Source: Octopus vulgaris
Taxonomy: Eukaryota
Assembly (NCBI GenBank): GCA_951406725.2
Contig: OX597816.1
Location: forward strand, 116,064,001-116,128,000
Direction: 5' to 3'
Length of the DNA stretch: 64,000 nucleotides
Program-made: the position numbers and the translations under genes
The notes under the pieces: model-generated
The model's database searches: none
Seen by the model: only the letters and a program-made list of their open reading frames with translations
What the model was told of the DNA's origin: nothing
Shown here: positions 29,322-43,964 of the stretch, piece by piece
Layout of the letters: every line of letters begins with the position of its first letter
Position numbering within the stretch: position 1 is the first letter of the stretch

Positions 29322-29745
29322 TGGTGGCGGCGGCAGCGATGGTGGCGGCGGCGATGGTGGCGGCGGTGATGGCAGTGATGGCAGTGATGGCAGTGATGGC
29401 GGCGGCGGCGGCGATGATGATGCCGGCAGCGATAGCGGCGGCGGCGATGATGACGGTGGCGGCGGAGGCAGTGGCAGTGCTGGTGGTAGTGGTGGTGGTG
29501 GTGGTGGTGGTGGTGGTGGTGGTGGTGGTGGTAGCGGTGATGATGATGAGGAGGAAGAGGAGGAGGAGGGGAAGGAGGAGATGGATGGTGGTAGTGATGA
29601 TGACGACGACAATGACGAAGATGAGGATGACGAAGGTGACGATGACATCGACGACGAAGACGACGATGATGATGATGATGATGACGACGATGTAGATGAT
29701 TATGATGACCATGATGGTCATGATCATGATCATCAGCATGATGGA
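29159..29745. repeat. GC-rich mosaic trinucleotide array with ~22 GGC units
   Basis: (GGT)n(GGC)n(GAT)n; pure GGC run ~29254-29320. Confidence 0.9.
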
Positions 29746-30303
29746 GATAGCCACCAGTAGCTAAAGAAACGGAACGATAATGACGTTTATGTTGATTGCG
29801 GCGGTTGTAAGGTAAAGATAAAAATTATTATACATACTATGGTGCGTTTCTATTGTAAAATCATATTATTCAGTAATTTTATTCAATTATTTTATTACTA
29901 TTAGAATTATGTTGCATAGAATTGTGATTGATAGAAGTTTGTAGGTCTAACTGAAAACACGTGAGAACTGATAAACGCAGTCTTCAAACGTAGTTAAAAT
30001 GTTATATAACAATATATCTTCTTGCGTAACATCCGTTCCGGTTGTACGCAATATATTGCAGAAGAATAATCTAGTTTACTAGTTGCATATGTCAAATGTA
30101 TGAGAATCCCTGCTAATTCACGGAACATCATAGAGATTAGATTTATGTAAGCATATACACTTACGCACGCGCGCACGGATGCATTTATATATATGTATAT
30201 ACATATATTTATGCACAATTATTTAAATATATATACTCTGTACACACTCACACACACATATATATATATATATACATATGTATATGTATAAATGTAATTT
30301 TTT

Positions 30304-30357
<54 letters not shown>

Positions 30358-30465
30358 TATATATATGCATATATATATATATACATTTATAGATAAATAC
30401 CTGAATACATGCATATATATATACATTTAAACACATACATGCATACATACATACATACACACACA

Positions 30466-30534
<69 letters not shown>

Positions 30535-31255
30535 TATGCATATATATACAAATATAAATATATATGTATATTTTATATATACATATATATACACACATAT
30601 ATGTATGTATATAACATATATTGTATCATATATATTATCATTTCACATTACTATTATTGCTACTAATAGTTCTATTACACACATTTGCATATTCATCTAT
30701 TAATTGCCCCTTTCCTCTCTGAAAAGAATTGTTCAAGAAAAATATCAACAGGTATAATGTGGTCGCTTACATTTTTAGTGAGTTAAGATATGTGTCATGT
30801 CGATTTCACTGAAGTAAGAACTCGTGTAATATTTGTTTTCTAACTCTCGGACTCATCAAACTCATGTTGATCTCAACGATATTTAAAGTCAATGTTGCTA
30901 CTCAGATACAATCTGAAGATCTTTGTTTAGTTGAATATATTCATCAGATGATAATATAGAAAGAAAATTTGCAACGTTAAGATGCTAGAAAGCTTATAAC
31001 TATCGATTACAATATCTCAAGCTATTTATGGAGTTATACATTTTATGATTTTTCTTTTTTGACCTTGAAGTCAGGGAGATAAGGACATCACCCACCGGCC
31101 TTTAGATTTTCAGTTCTCTGAAATGGTCTAGGCGGCAGCTATCTTCAAATAAAATACTTGGGCCACATTGTTTTTTCAATAGAGGGAACTCTCCTGAAGA
31201 TATCCAAAGATAAGTTGAGAGTGTTAAATCTGGTAACTGCTTCTATATATATATA

Positions 31256-31349
<94 letters not shown>

Positions 31350-31360
31350 TATATATATGT

Positions 31361-32014
31361 CAGGTCACATTCGCGTGCAACTGGTAACAAGTAACCCAGT
31401 ACAACCTGTTACATGTTCGGGCTGTCGGCGTCTAAACCGGCAACCCCACCAAGCTTGCTTGGTGAGGAGGGTGTTTATTGGACACCCTGCGGGATGAAAA
31501 GCAAAACCTGTCAAAGGGCGGAGGAACTCTTGAGAGTCAACGGCTATCCAATAAATGTGTATTTTTTTAAGGCTTAAGGCTGTATCATGCGCGGGGACAT
31601 AGAAATAATCGGTCTGAATACCCGATCACGCGGTCAAAACCATTGGGTGTGAAGGACTCCTAGCCTTTGTTAGGGCACCCTTCTAGGAGAAGGTAACTCA
31701 GGTAACTCGGATAACTCCGACATAAAACATGCGGCTCAGTGGTTTCCGATGATGTTGACTTGTTCTTCTTTTCGGATTATGGCTGCTGTTGTTTAGTGAG
31801 TGGGATTGACTCAGTGCACAGCCTTTCCTCACTTTAAAAAAATCTTGCACAGGCATTGCACGATAGCAACATTGTTCATGATTATTGATAGTGCTGTGAG
31901 TCTCAACTGAATAGCTGGCTGTAGCCTTAAAAAGCAAATAAAAGTCACATTCGATCTCAGCACACAATAACAGTTAAGCTTCGTGCAATGGCCATACTCG
32001 ATAACGTGGGGGCA

Positions 32015-32020
<6 letters not shown>
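31361..32020 (+). mobile_element. probable RTE-type LINE 5' UTR or non-autonomous derivative inserted in (TA)n
   Basis: GC-richer island between TA tracts; cctgtcaaagggcggagg and gggcacccttctaggagaaggtaactc resemble RTE 5' UTR motifs (from memory); hairpins caccaagc-tt-gcttggtg and agggtgt...acaccct. Confidence 0.45.
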
Positions 32021-32052
<32 letters not shown>

Positions 32053-32202
32053 GGTTTAAGTAATTGAGATTCAAGTGAATTCTAATGAATTCACATGAAT
32101 ATGGTCCTTAACCAGGATGCATCGGAAATCTATGTGGTGTTAACCATACGACAAGTGGGGTGATTACAAATAGGAAAAAAGCAACAAGAATGGATTAAAA
32201 TC

Positions 32203-32286
32203 TCGGTACAATTGTTTCGTACGAGGACATCTTTAATAAGCTACAAAAAATGCAGTAAATACAGATGGCTCGTACTCGTCAGCCGA
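32203..32286 (-). ncRNA. type I hammerhead ribozyme, intact core
   Basis: Minus strand tcgg-CTGACGA-gtacgag-(catct..agatg)-ctcgtac-GAAA-caattg-TA-ccga: 4-bp stem I, 7-bp stem II with extension, palindromic helix III, GUA cleavage triplet. Confidence 0.85.
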
Positions 32287-34623
32287 AAAAACATCAGAGA
32301 ATTCCCAAACATCAAAAGGGGTAGATACAAAAGAGGGTGTAAGATTAACTGCAATGAAGAAAGTTCGATTCCTGGAGATCCGATGAAGGGTCTTAAACTT
32401 ACAGAATTTGTGCATATTGTGTATATATATATATACAACGGACTACTTTCAGTTTCTGTATACTTAACTCTACGTGCCGAAGTCAAAATTGTAAAGAGTT
32501 TCATCTAGATTTCTATCAAAGCCCCTCATACCAGCACTGAACTGATACTATATTTTATTGGCCCTAAGTGAATGAAAAGCGTAGTTGGCCTTCCGCAGGA
32601 TTTGAAGTCAGATCGTTGAGAACTAGAACAACTACTACAAAACATTTTCCCTACACACAAGCACCTGCGAATTCATTGTATGTTTATATGATGATCAATA
32701 TTCTTAAATTTTATTGCAGTTGAATTTGTTGTTTGGTAACCCAGCCAATCATACTTTATGTAGTAAAGAGTGAGCAGGTAACAGGGACCCAAGAAACAAA
32801 CCACAGATTCAGGACTAGAAAGATTTTGACATATGATAACCTTCTAGCTTGCCCCTCTGCTACATTACTCGATCACCATTCTTGCCATAATCGATTAGCA
32901 TTTTAATATAACATCTGAAATGTTGATCTAGCATTATATCATCACCATTTTAATGACTCCAGAAATTTTTTGAGTCAAGTTTAACGTGATTTTGTTTCTT
33001 TCTTTTGTGTTTTGTAAGACAAAAAACTTCGTTAAAAAGTCATTCGCTCTTTCTCCTCACTTTGAATTACAGGCGTGTCTACATCCAAATGAGTAGTCTT
33101 CTAGCAGTGCAAAGGCAAACAATCTAACGTTATATACCGATAAATAAACAGAAATCAAGAAGAAAATTTAAAAAGGAAACCTTGAAACAAAATTTTAAAA
33201 CTGGACACCATGCCTCTGGGATTTAAATCAGTTAATAACATAGGAAGAAAAACAAAACATTGTTTTATTGGCAGTTCTAGGTCATATGAAATACTACTCA
33301 GAGATCAACAATAACAAAAATTAAAAAAATATCTAGATAGTCATCAAGCAGTAATAGTGATAATAACAACACTGCAACCGCCACAATTATCAACCTCCTC
33401 TTCCTACTCCTCCTGCCCTGTCTCCTCCTCCTCATCACCTCCTCTTCCTACTCCTCCTGCCCTGTCTCCTCCTCCTCATCACCTCCTCTGTCATCATTGT
33501 CTTCATTATTTCCACCACCATCACCGAGCACAACCATTGCCATTAGCACCACCAGCATCACCAGCATCAACATCGTCATCGTTCTCATCATCATCATCAT
33601 TATCATCATCAGAAATTTCACCATCGTCATCATCATCATCATCGTTGTCGTCGTAACCAAGAGGAAACCAACAAGGACACTAAAGTTGACTACCATAACA
33701 ACAAACACAATAAAACAAAGCAGAAGAATACAAACAGATGTATCAGCGATTCTAAATAATACAACACTGCAACAAAATCAACATCAATAAGAGAAAATTA
33801 CAATTATTTATTTTATTCATTTTTACTTCTTTACAATATATGTTTTTTTTTTCAATTTTCTGTAAAATAAAACAGAAATGAAACGAAAATTTATGTAAAC
33901 TGTTGCTATTGTCTTTTTTATTTTTTACACATGCAACAAGTTAGAGGATTCAATAGCTAAATAAAGAATGGTTTCCAAGAAATAATTAAACGAAAGCTAT
34001 CCTATTTCGAAACGATGGTAACTCCCAACGTTATAACTAATTGCTTTATATGAATTTACCCCAGCTTTATTTTGGCTACAGGACACATTTTTTGTCACGA
34101 ATTGGACGCTTTCGTTCTTTACTGATGAGGGATCGAGTTTATTTCATAATTTTGTTGGTTGTTTGGTGTCATTGTTTTTAGGAAAGAAAAGGTTCTTCGG
34201 TGTGAAATAGTCAAAATTTAACAATTACATAGACATTTTGGTAATATGTAAACTATAAGTCTGTGTATATAAAAACAATACGTGTGTAGTTTATGCATAT
34301 ATGTATGAATTATACATGTGTGCGTGTGAGCTTGTATGTATGTATTTATGTATGTACGCATGCATGCGTGTATGTATGTATGCGCATATGCAGGTATGTG
34401 TGTGTGTATAGGTGGATATGTATGTGCTAAAGCTATGTGTGTCTATGCGTGTGGGTGTGGTAAGAAAATATATTTTGACACTGTTGGCTTTATATTAGAC
34501 AGAAATAGGGGATATGAAAACGAAGACGCACAGAAATTTAGTAGCATCTATCTATATTTCTATCTACTTCTACGTCCATATGCATATCTATTTTAATTAT
34601 AAATAAATGAATGCATGTGTGTG

Positions 34624-34734
<111 letters not shown>

Positions 34735-34801
34735 CCTCGTGAGTACCGCCAGCGATTTTTTTTCCTCTGTCTTCCCTTCTCGGAATCTTTCCTTCTCCTA
34801 T

Positions 34802-34836
34802 GTTTCCGACGAAGAGCTTCGCTCGAAACGTTAAAC
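34802..34836 (+). ncRNA. minimal hammerhead ribozyme with U4C core variant, in PLE-terminus-like repeat 34733-34937
   Basis: gttt-CCGACGA-a-gagc-ttc-gctc-GAAA-cg-TT-aaac; helix III reduced to palindromic ACGT. Confidence 0.6.
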
Positions 34837-35864
34837 CCTCCTTCTTCCCTTCTTTCCTGAGCGTCCAATAATACTTTATTTGTTCCACGTCCTCGCGTTG
34901 GTGTATTTTTTGTGTGTTTTCTTGTTTGGATTAACTATATATATATATATATATATATACACCTTTATATACGCATATTATTTATATATTTATGTATGTG
35001 CGTGTATGCGAACGCACGCATTTATATATAATAGAAACGTCACGCAAAAATAGTAAAGTGGTTCTTTCATATAAAGAATTTCGACGAAGAACTCGATAAA
35101 ATCGAAACAATTTGAAGTTTAAAGCAATAATATTAAACATAAAGTTGGTTGAAAAGTAATGACACAGGGAAATGAAAATGCCTCACATATACTACGGTAA
35201 ATATGTTCATATTTCATATATCTTTTTAATAATATATACAGACACACTCTCATGTTGTTAACACATGAAATATAGAAATTACTGGTGACAAGCCATCATC
35301 GGCGCTTAGCAACCGAAAAAAAAAAACTTTAACAGAAATGATTGCTTATACACTGATCATATGCCATATAAAAATTACCAAAGCGTGTTCAGTACTTCGA
35401 TGCCTCTATGGTTGTAAAAAAATTATTTAAAAGATGATTTTTATATATCACCGTCTCTGTATTATAGAAGTAATTTTTGTTAAGAATATTATCTGTGCAA
35501 TATTGCTTTTGCGCCATATATATATATACATTCATATATACATATGGGGGGAGTGTGTGTGTGTGTGTTATTTGAAACTGTTTAACTCAGGTATCTATCC
35601 AAAGAAAAGTATATGTTTGATGAGAGACATTCGTCCTACGGTTCAACGAAATTAAATTAAACTGTTCCATTTCTTCAGAATATATTTATACATATGCATG
35701 CAACCACTGAACATCTCTGACCTGGAGTTCAATAGAAAGTTAGGGGTCTTAGATCTGAAAAGGTTCTGCGCTCTTTCATCCAAACAAAGCCAGCATTTAT
35801 TCGATCCATTCACATGTGGTATGGATTTATCAATTACTTACTATTTAATCACATGCGGTGTTTC

Positions 35865-36576
35865 GATATCTTTCAAAGTCCATACATAGCTAGCCAACTT
35901 AGTAGCTTTACTTTTGTCCCTAAGTCGGAAGGAGGCTATGTAATTGGCATAGCGATTTTTGAATTCTCCTTCACATAATCCAATATAGGTCATCTTATCA
36001 GTTGTATTATTATTCAGGGTTGCTGTACGTTCTGCCTCATATATGACAGATTTAATCTTACATCATTGGTCAAGAGGAGAGGATCCGGGGTCGCAGCAGT
36101 TACAGCTGGATTCAGGTTCTTGGTGTTGACCACATGTAATGATACTTTTCATATTTGGGCAGCAGCTATAGGATAATTTCACAGATCGCCAATTGAATAT
36201 TTTCCTGTATTTGTGTGTGGCTGGAAAGTGTTTCACTAAGAGAGACAGGAATCTTTTACCAATGTTAGTTTTTATATTAAGGGAAAAGGGAAGGGTGGAT
36301 CAAATAATTTTCCTTGGCCTATTTTTAGTTTTTTTTTTTTATAATCCTGATTAATACTAGAGTGGTTAGGTACTACTTAATCTTTGATGCCCTAGATGTA
36401 TTATTAATATTTTGATTAATAGGGGGATTATATATTATTTTCTCTTTGAAGCTACTATTGGCTAGGGCCTTATTATAGTAGGGGGCAGCTTTGTCGAAAA
36501 TGTTTTTGGAAGAAGAGAAGTTAGACACTCTGTTGCTAATAATAGCTATAAGACTTTTAAATGCTGCAGTAGGGTG
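35865..36576 (-). pseudogene. Penelope-like element remnant (thumb/linker plus GIY-YIG endonuclease)
   Basis: HPTAAFKSLIAIISNRVSNFSSSKNIFDKAAPYYNKAL ... FSLNIKTNIGKRFLSLLVKHFPATHKYRKIFNWRSVKLSYSCCPNMK ... CNCCDPGSSPLDQ*CKIKSVIYEA...TYIGLCEGEFKNRYANYIASFR...LASYVWTLK. Confidence 0.9.
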
Positions 36577-36996
36577 ACACACACACACACACACACACAC
36601 ACGCATATACATATATGCACATATATACAACAAACTTAATAGGTGCTTATGTATGACAAAAATAGTCACAGAGTTTAGAACTCATTTTATAACATTACGC
36701 TAAACTCAAGTATTTCCTTACTTAAATACTAGTGAGTATGAGGCTACACAGAATTTATAATTAACGCAAATAATGCGGCGAGTAACTCAATATAAAAAAT
36801 AAAAATTAAATACAAATATTTTTGATATTTCCAAAACTTAATTTCTGCAACAGGTTCAACTACTATATATAAACGTTCGCAACAATATACATAATAATAA
36901 CATAATTATAATTGTATGTGATCTCAGTATCATCTCATTGAGGCGTTTTCAAATAATGTTCAAAGGTTTAATTATTTATTTTTCCTTTTCTTTTTT

Positions 36997-37236
36997 TTTA
37001 CCAGTTTCCGTCATTTGACTTCAACCATGCTGGAAAACCGCCTTGAAGGTTTGGTCGAATGCAGCGATCCAGGACTTATTTTTTAAGCCTACTACTTATT
37101 CTATCGCTCCCTTTGCCGAAGCGTTAAGTTACAGGGAGGTAAACGCACCAATACCAGTTGTCAAGCTGTGGCGGAGTAACAAACACAGTTACAAAACACA
37201 CACACTGATACATACATACATACATACATACATACA

Positions 37237-37267
<31 letters not shown>

Positions 37268-37270
37268 GTG

Positions 37271-37304
<34 letters not shown>

Positions 37305-37485
37305 CATGCATATATACGCCCGGCTTCTTTCAGTTTCCGTCTACCAAATCCACTCACAAGTCTTTGGTCAGCCCAGTAGAAGGTTATAGTAGAAGACACT
37401 TACCCAAGGTGCCACGCAGTGGGACTTAAGCAGGAAACGTGTTGTTGAGAAGCCTTCTTCTTACCACACAGCCACGTCTGTGCGT
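36997..37485 (-). mobile_element. SINE family A, older copy
   Basis: Colinear with other copies; expanded internal (CATA)n. Confidence 0.85.
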
Positions 37486-37619
37486 AGGTTTAGGTTTTCT
37501 ACTTATCTTAACAATGAATCTATTGCCGGACCGCTATGATATGGAACATAATCAACAAAACTGATTTGAAAAAGGGTAAACGTAAACAAGACACAAACTA
37601 ACAAAGATACAAAAACCGT

Positions 37620-37830
37620 CCTTGCAGCAGCTAACGATAACACCTACAGCCATAATAGATCGTTAGTCACTACACACATTTTTTCCCTCCTTGTTTTTTC
37701 TGTGTCCTTTTTTGTACAAGAGCGTAGGCTCGAAGCGTAAAAGACTTTTTCTATTCCTGAACGTTATACTAATACATCTGTTTGTTTTGTACACAACTTT
37801 TCTTCGTCTTTTGTTTTTTTCGTAAACTCT
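37620..37830 (+). mobile_element. PLE-terminus-like repeat with decayed hammerhead (37706-37745)
   Basis: cttt-ttgtaca-agagc-gtag-gctc-gaag-cg-ta-aaag; homologous to 52390-52645. Confidence 0.55.
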
Positions 37831-37847
37831 TCTTATATATATATATA

Positions 37848-37918
37848 TATTGCTCTCTATCTATCTATCTCTTTCACTGTGTACACACACACTCTCTCTC
37901 TCTCACACACACATACAC

Positions 37919-37949
<31 letters not shown>

Positions 37950-37971
37950 TGTATGTATGTATGTATGTATG

Positions 37972-38018
<47 letters not shown>

Positions 38019-38215
38019 ATACTGATACATATATATATACTAATATATATATATATGTATGTATTAGTATATATATGTGTGTGTATATATATATATATAT
38101 ATATACACATACATACATACATACATACATAAATACATACATACATACGTGTATGTGTGTGAGAGAGAGAGTGTGTGTGTGCACAGTGAAAGTGATAGAT
38201 AGAGAGAGAGCAATA
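37848..38215. repeat. inverted repeat (~75 bp unique plus TATG/CATA) around a TA-rich spacer
   Basis: ttgctctctatctatc...tttcactgtgtacacacacactctctc vs gagagagtgtgtgtgtgcacagtgaaagtgatagatagagagagagcaa. Confidence 0.8.
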
Positions 38216-38240
38216 GAGAGACTTAAAATTGTACTTGTTT

Positions 38241-38285
38241 GTCAACTGACTGGATACAATTTTCGGGCTTCGTCCTCAAAGCGAC
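38241..38285 (-). ncRNA. decayed type I hammerhead
   Basis: gtcg-ctttga-ggac-gaa-gccc-GAAA-attgtatccag-TC-agttgac; stems partly retained, core damaged. Confidence 0.45.
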
Positions 38286-39201
38286 CATTTCTACATATGC
38301 GTACATATACTCACGCGCGCTTTGCGTCTTGTCCCATTTTTGTATTTTTTATATATAAAAAATATAGCGGCGCACGTACACTTTGGTTTCTTATATCCAA
38401 GTATATATATATCTAAATTTTGTACGACTCTATTATTCTTTCTATTCTTTCATTCTTTCCTTCTTTCTGTCAACCCTTTCACGCTTACTTCGTTCAATCC
38501 ACTCTTCGTTCTTTCCTGGACTTCTCTTCATGCTCACTTTCCCTCCTCTTTCACTTGACTGTGTCCCTTTCATTTTTTTCTCGCCCTACTTAATTCATCT
38601 ATCCTTCTGTCTCTATCTCTCTCTCTCTTCTCTCCCTACGTGACGGGTTTTCAGCCAAGCCTGACCTTTCTTTCTTTATTCGACTGCCATCCGTGCAACA
38701 TCTATATTCCTCCATGTGTCTGCGAAATCTTATGTCCTTGCTGTAAGGCTTTACTTCCACACACGCCAGCTTATTTTAATTCGTCCTTAGTCGAAAACAC
38801 ATGTTGTTATGTCCTATTATTTGCATTTGTATTTATGTAACATTTCCCCGTTCCTTTTCCGTCTTTGTTTTTATATTCATTCACTGCTTTCTTCAAAGGA
38901 ATCTAATGCCCTTAGCTTAGTTTTTCCTTGGGGCTGGTCAGATGGGAACAATCTCGAATATAACCAGCCGAAATTGTAAAGATAATCTGGAACTTCACTG
39001 AGGATAGAAAACTCCGAGTGACCCGTCCTTGTTTCCTTTGTATTGTCTTTGTGGATGTTTTGTTGTCCCTTTTTTATCACCTGTCTGGATGTTTTGCGTT
39101 CTTGTCCCATTTTTGTATTATATATATATATAACAGATAAATAGATAGATATACACATATAGATATGCAAACACACACACACACATACATACATACATAC
39201 A

Positions 39202-39289
<88 letters not shown>

Positions 39290-39296
39290 TATATAC

Positions 39297-39331
<35 letters not shown>

Positions 39332-39613
39332 GATACATATATATATAAACAGTGGTTTGCGTAAGTTCATATATTCAGATTCACACATCTACACCTGTAT
39401 ACACATACACTTAGTACAACAGCATCAACAAAATCATAAATTCTCAACATGTGTGTGTTTGGATGTATGTATTTGGTTATGTGTGTCAGGGTGACAGGTG
39501 TCTGATGTAGTAATAAATTGTCAGTGTCAGTCACATTGCTAACACCCCTGGAAAGACATGAACTCGACAATTTCCTTTTTCTCTCCCAATGGATTAGTTG
39601 GTATGCCTAATGG

Positions 39614-39705
<92 letters not shown>

Positions 39706-40248
39706 CATATATATGCATATATATATGCATATATATATATACATACATATGTATGCATATATAATATATATAGAGAAGTGTATATATACATATATATATA
39801 TACATATATATATGTACATGTATATACAGACGTGACAAACTGATTTCTTTAACGGTATCTAGGATTACATAACTTTTATATGTCCATTTGTTTCCTTTTA
39901 AATGATGACATGGGATGTCATGTTAAGCGAGCATGGATACACAGGCTGCTATAATATTTGTGTGCAATGGTTGGAGGCTGTTGGCAGAGTAAAACGTTTT
40001 CGCTTGTACACATACGAAAGGTTTAATACACTTGTCGTTATTTCGAACCAGAAAGTTTTTCGCCATTCAGTGAGTATGGAGTTGTATGCTAAGACTTCAA
40101 TTTTGCTAAGCAGATGTAATGGTTACACAGGCATACTCTTAAAATAAGAAACGTTTTCAGAAGAGGGTTACTTTTAAAATCTTTCTCATCACGTTTATTA
40201 CAGTTAGCTTCTTTAAAATATCAAATATCATAGTATCCTATATATATG

Positions 40249-40279
<31 letters not shown>

Positions 40280-40795
40280 ATGTGTGTGTGTGTGTGTATG
40301 TGTGTGTATATGTATATATATATATATATATATATACATATATAGATATTTAGATACATATATAATACAAATGATATATATATACATACATATATATATG
40401 CGTATATGGGTACACGACATATATGGGTACGAAAACAAATGAATTAATTACGCAAACAACGAGAGAAAAAATGGAAGACAGGACAAGTAATACAAAGGAA
40501 TGCCCTTCATCAGTTGTTGACTGTCTATCTACTCTTCATTTCGAATATTGAACGACATTATGAGACTTCGAAGACAGGTTGACCTATATACATAAGCATT
40601 GAAAGAAATGTGTTTGAATTATTATTAAACGTACGGTGAGGCTTTCTGATATTTAAATTTAATTCAGTTCTTCAGATTTCTACATGTACATGCACACATA
40701 CACACGTACATAACTGCATACATGTATGTATATGAACATATATATATGTGTGTGTGCATGTATATCTGTATACATATATATATATACGTGTGTGT

Positions 40796-40839
<44 letters not shown>

Positions 40840-40938
40840 TGTGCGCGTGTAAGTGTGGTAAGATAATGTATATATGTTCATTCGTCCATACATTCATACA
40901 TATTAATACATATCCATAGTGATAGATAAATGACTAGA

Positions 40939-40986
<48 letters not shown>

Positions 40987-41045
40987 AAAACAGACAGATA
41001 GATAGGTAGATACATAGATAGAGAGAGACACACAGAGAGACAGAT

Positions 41046-41143
<98 letters not shown>

Positions 41144-41388
41144 CAGAAAAACAGACAGATAGATAGATAGACATGTTGAGAGAGAAATTATAGAGTAGCA
41201 TAAATTCAATTTTTATTACTTCTAATTCTTACATATCTTTACAATGAAGCAGCATTTCTTTTTTATGACGTCCACCCACCAACGCCTCACAATCATTACG
41301 ACAAAAGCAAGAACAACAACAGCATAACACTGCTCTTGGTATCTCCACCACCAACAACACCATCAAAATCACTACTACTACTACTACA

Positions 41389-41440
<52 letters not shown>

Positions 41441-41474
41441 ATACTACTACTACTATTACTACTACTACTACTAC

Positions 41475-41593
<119 letters not shown>

Positions 41594-41874
41594 GTAATAA
41601 TAATAATAATAATACGATAATGCCTCAAATGAGTGGCTGCTTCAATCAAGCAAGACCAGTAAATTTCTCGACCTCGAGTATGGTTGGTTTGAGGATATAA
41701 AACAACGTACAAATATCCCAAAATTAGGCAACGCTGCTTTACACATGCAATGCACAAATGATTTATACAGTTATAACTAATGTATCACATTTCACTGAGA
41801 TAGTCTCGGCGTATACACAAATGGATAAAGACATAAAATTATAAATACATACATACGTCTGTATATCTGTGAGA

Positions 41875-41910
<36 letters not shown>

Positions 41911-41930
41911 ATGTGTGTATGCGTGTATGC

Positions 41931-41997
<67 letters not shown>

Positions 41998-42468
41998 CAT
42001 ATATACTCACACACACGTATATATACATATAAACATATATGTGTATATTTGTATGACTGAATGCATGTATGTGTCACTGGTCATGGATGTGTGTGTGTGT
42101 GTGTGTGTTTGTGCATATATATGTCTATATGTATATATACATGTGTATGTATATATATATAGAGAGAAAAGAGAGACACAGCCAGAGAGAGATTCATACA
42201 TACATAAATACATACATACATAGACATACACAATTACACGTATTAATATATCTGTAACAAATACACTTTTGAAAAGGTACATACGTATACAACAATATTG
42301 CAACGCATATACAGAACAGATATGAATATAATAAAGTATAAGTAGACAGTGTGATATAGATATACATTTGAATATGTGGGTTCCTGCCGGTGTGTTTGCC
42401 TACGTATATATACATACATTTATACATTTAACTTTGCAATAAATATATCAAAGATATATGTGTAAATG

Positions 42469-42520
<52 letters not shown>

Positions 42521-42983
42521 TGGTATATTCTGTTAAGAACGTCGTAGAGTACAGTATAAAGCTCGACCATCTTCGGATTTCATTCTGTACTACCCAGTAG
42601 CAGTATTCTACATACTTCATATATATACTGAGAGAGAGGAAAGGAGGGAAGGTGAGAGACATCCCCCTCCGTTATGGCAGACTCAGGTTACGGAATTTCG
42701 AACATCCGAGAATTCTAAAATATGGCCGCCCACTTCGCAATATCATCTGTAATTTCTCTTTCCCCGCAAAGACCATACTTCCTAAACAGCAATTTATATA
42801 TATATACAGCTTTAAGTAACGATTCTGTGAATATTTTGAAACTTTGATAAAAATTACATTACTCTACCTTTGGTATTCGAGTATTATCTTTTCCACTTTG
42901 CTTTGCACTTATGTGCTTACCTGTGTATATGTAAGAATGATAATCAGCCAAAATTGCGATGATAATATATATATAAATTGCGA

Positions 42984-43070
<87 letters not shown>

Positions 43071-43964
43071 CATGCATGTATGTGTGTATGTTAGCGTGTG
43101 TGCATATATGTATGCGTACGTGCACAAATTTGCGTGCGTAGAGTTTTATGTCTTAAGTCAGATGTTCAAGGGGCGAAGTGCATATGAACCTGGTAAACCT
43201 TCAAATAACTGTAAGCATGACAGTATTTCTTTCATGTCTCTCCCTCGTCTTTTCTTCTCATTTCCATTCTAACAACCATTGCAATACGTCAACAATTCTT
43301 AGCTCTCACAAAACCATTCTTTCCTTGTGCAATAGTTATACTAAATATTTGTTGGAGATAAGAGTTATTCGCAGCCGATTTTGGATTTGCCTGCTATACA
43401 AAATGTCTGAAAGAAAGTATCAAGAAGCAGTAGTGCAAAAGGAACTTTAAATGGTATACTAAACCGGATTTAAAATGGCTTGATATGGAAGAAAAAAAAA
43501 CGGTTACCTTCCCACATCATTAAGAGCAATGTGAATCAATGAAAAGAAATTTAAATCAAGTGCTCGGACCTTATTTTTTCAAAAATATAATGAAGTGCTT
43601 AAAAGGGTATGATTTTAGAATGTATGAATCCAGGATCAGACTCGACTTAAAGTCCTGATAAGCACTGATGCAATTTAAAATTATCATAAGTGTGAATGAC
43701 GATTTGCAGAAAAATTGATATGATATTTTGAATGAAAATACTTTTCTGGCAATTTAATAATTTACTTAAATCTTCAACATGCGCAACATAAAAATGACTA
43801 CTGAATCTTACAGAGCTACATGCAAAAATGAATAAAGTAGTAGGTACACACCAGAGCAAATATACAATATTGATGTAACATTTTTGGGTGCGTATACCTT
43901 GGCAGAATTTGTAGAAGAAAAATCAACACCAGCATTTGAAGATTAAAGAAAATGTCGCTTACAG

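Noticed and set aside
29083-29754. Poly-Ala/Pro/Thr ORFs resembling transcription-factor tracts
   Set aside because: Open in several frames on both strands because of trinucleotide repeats; no domain or splice context
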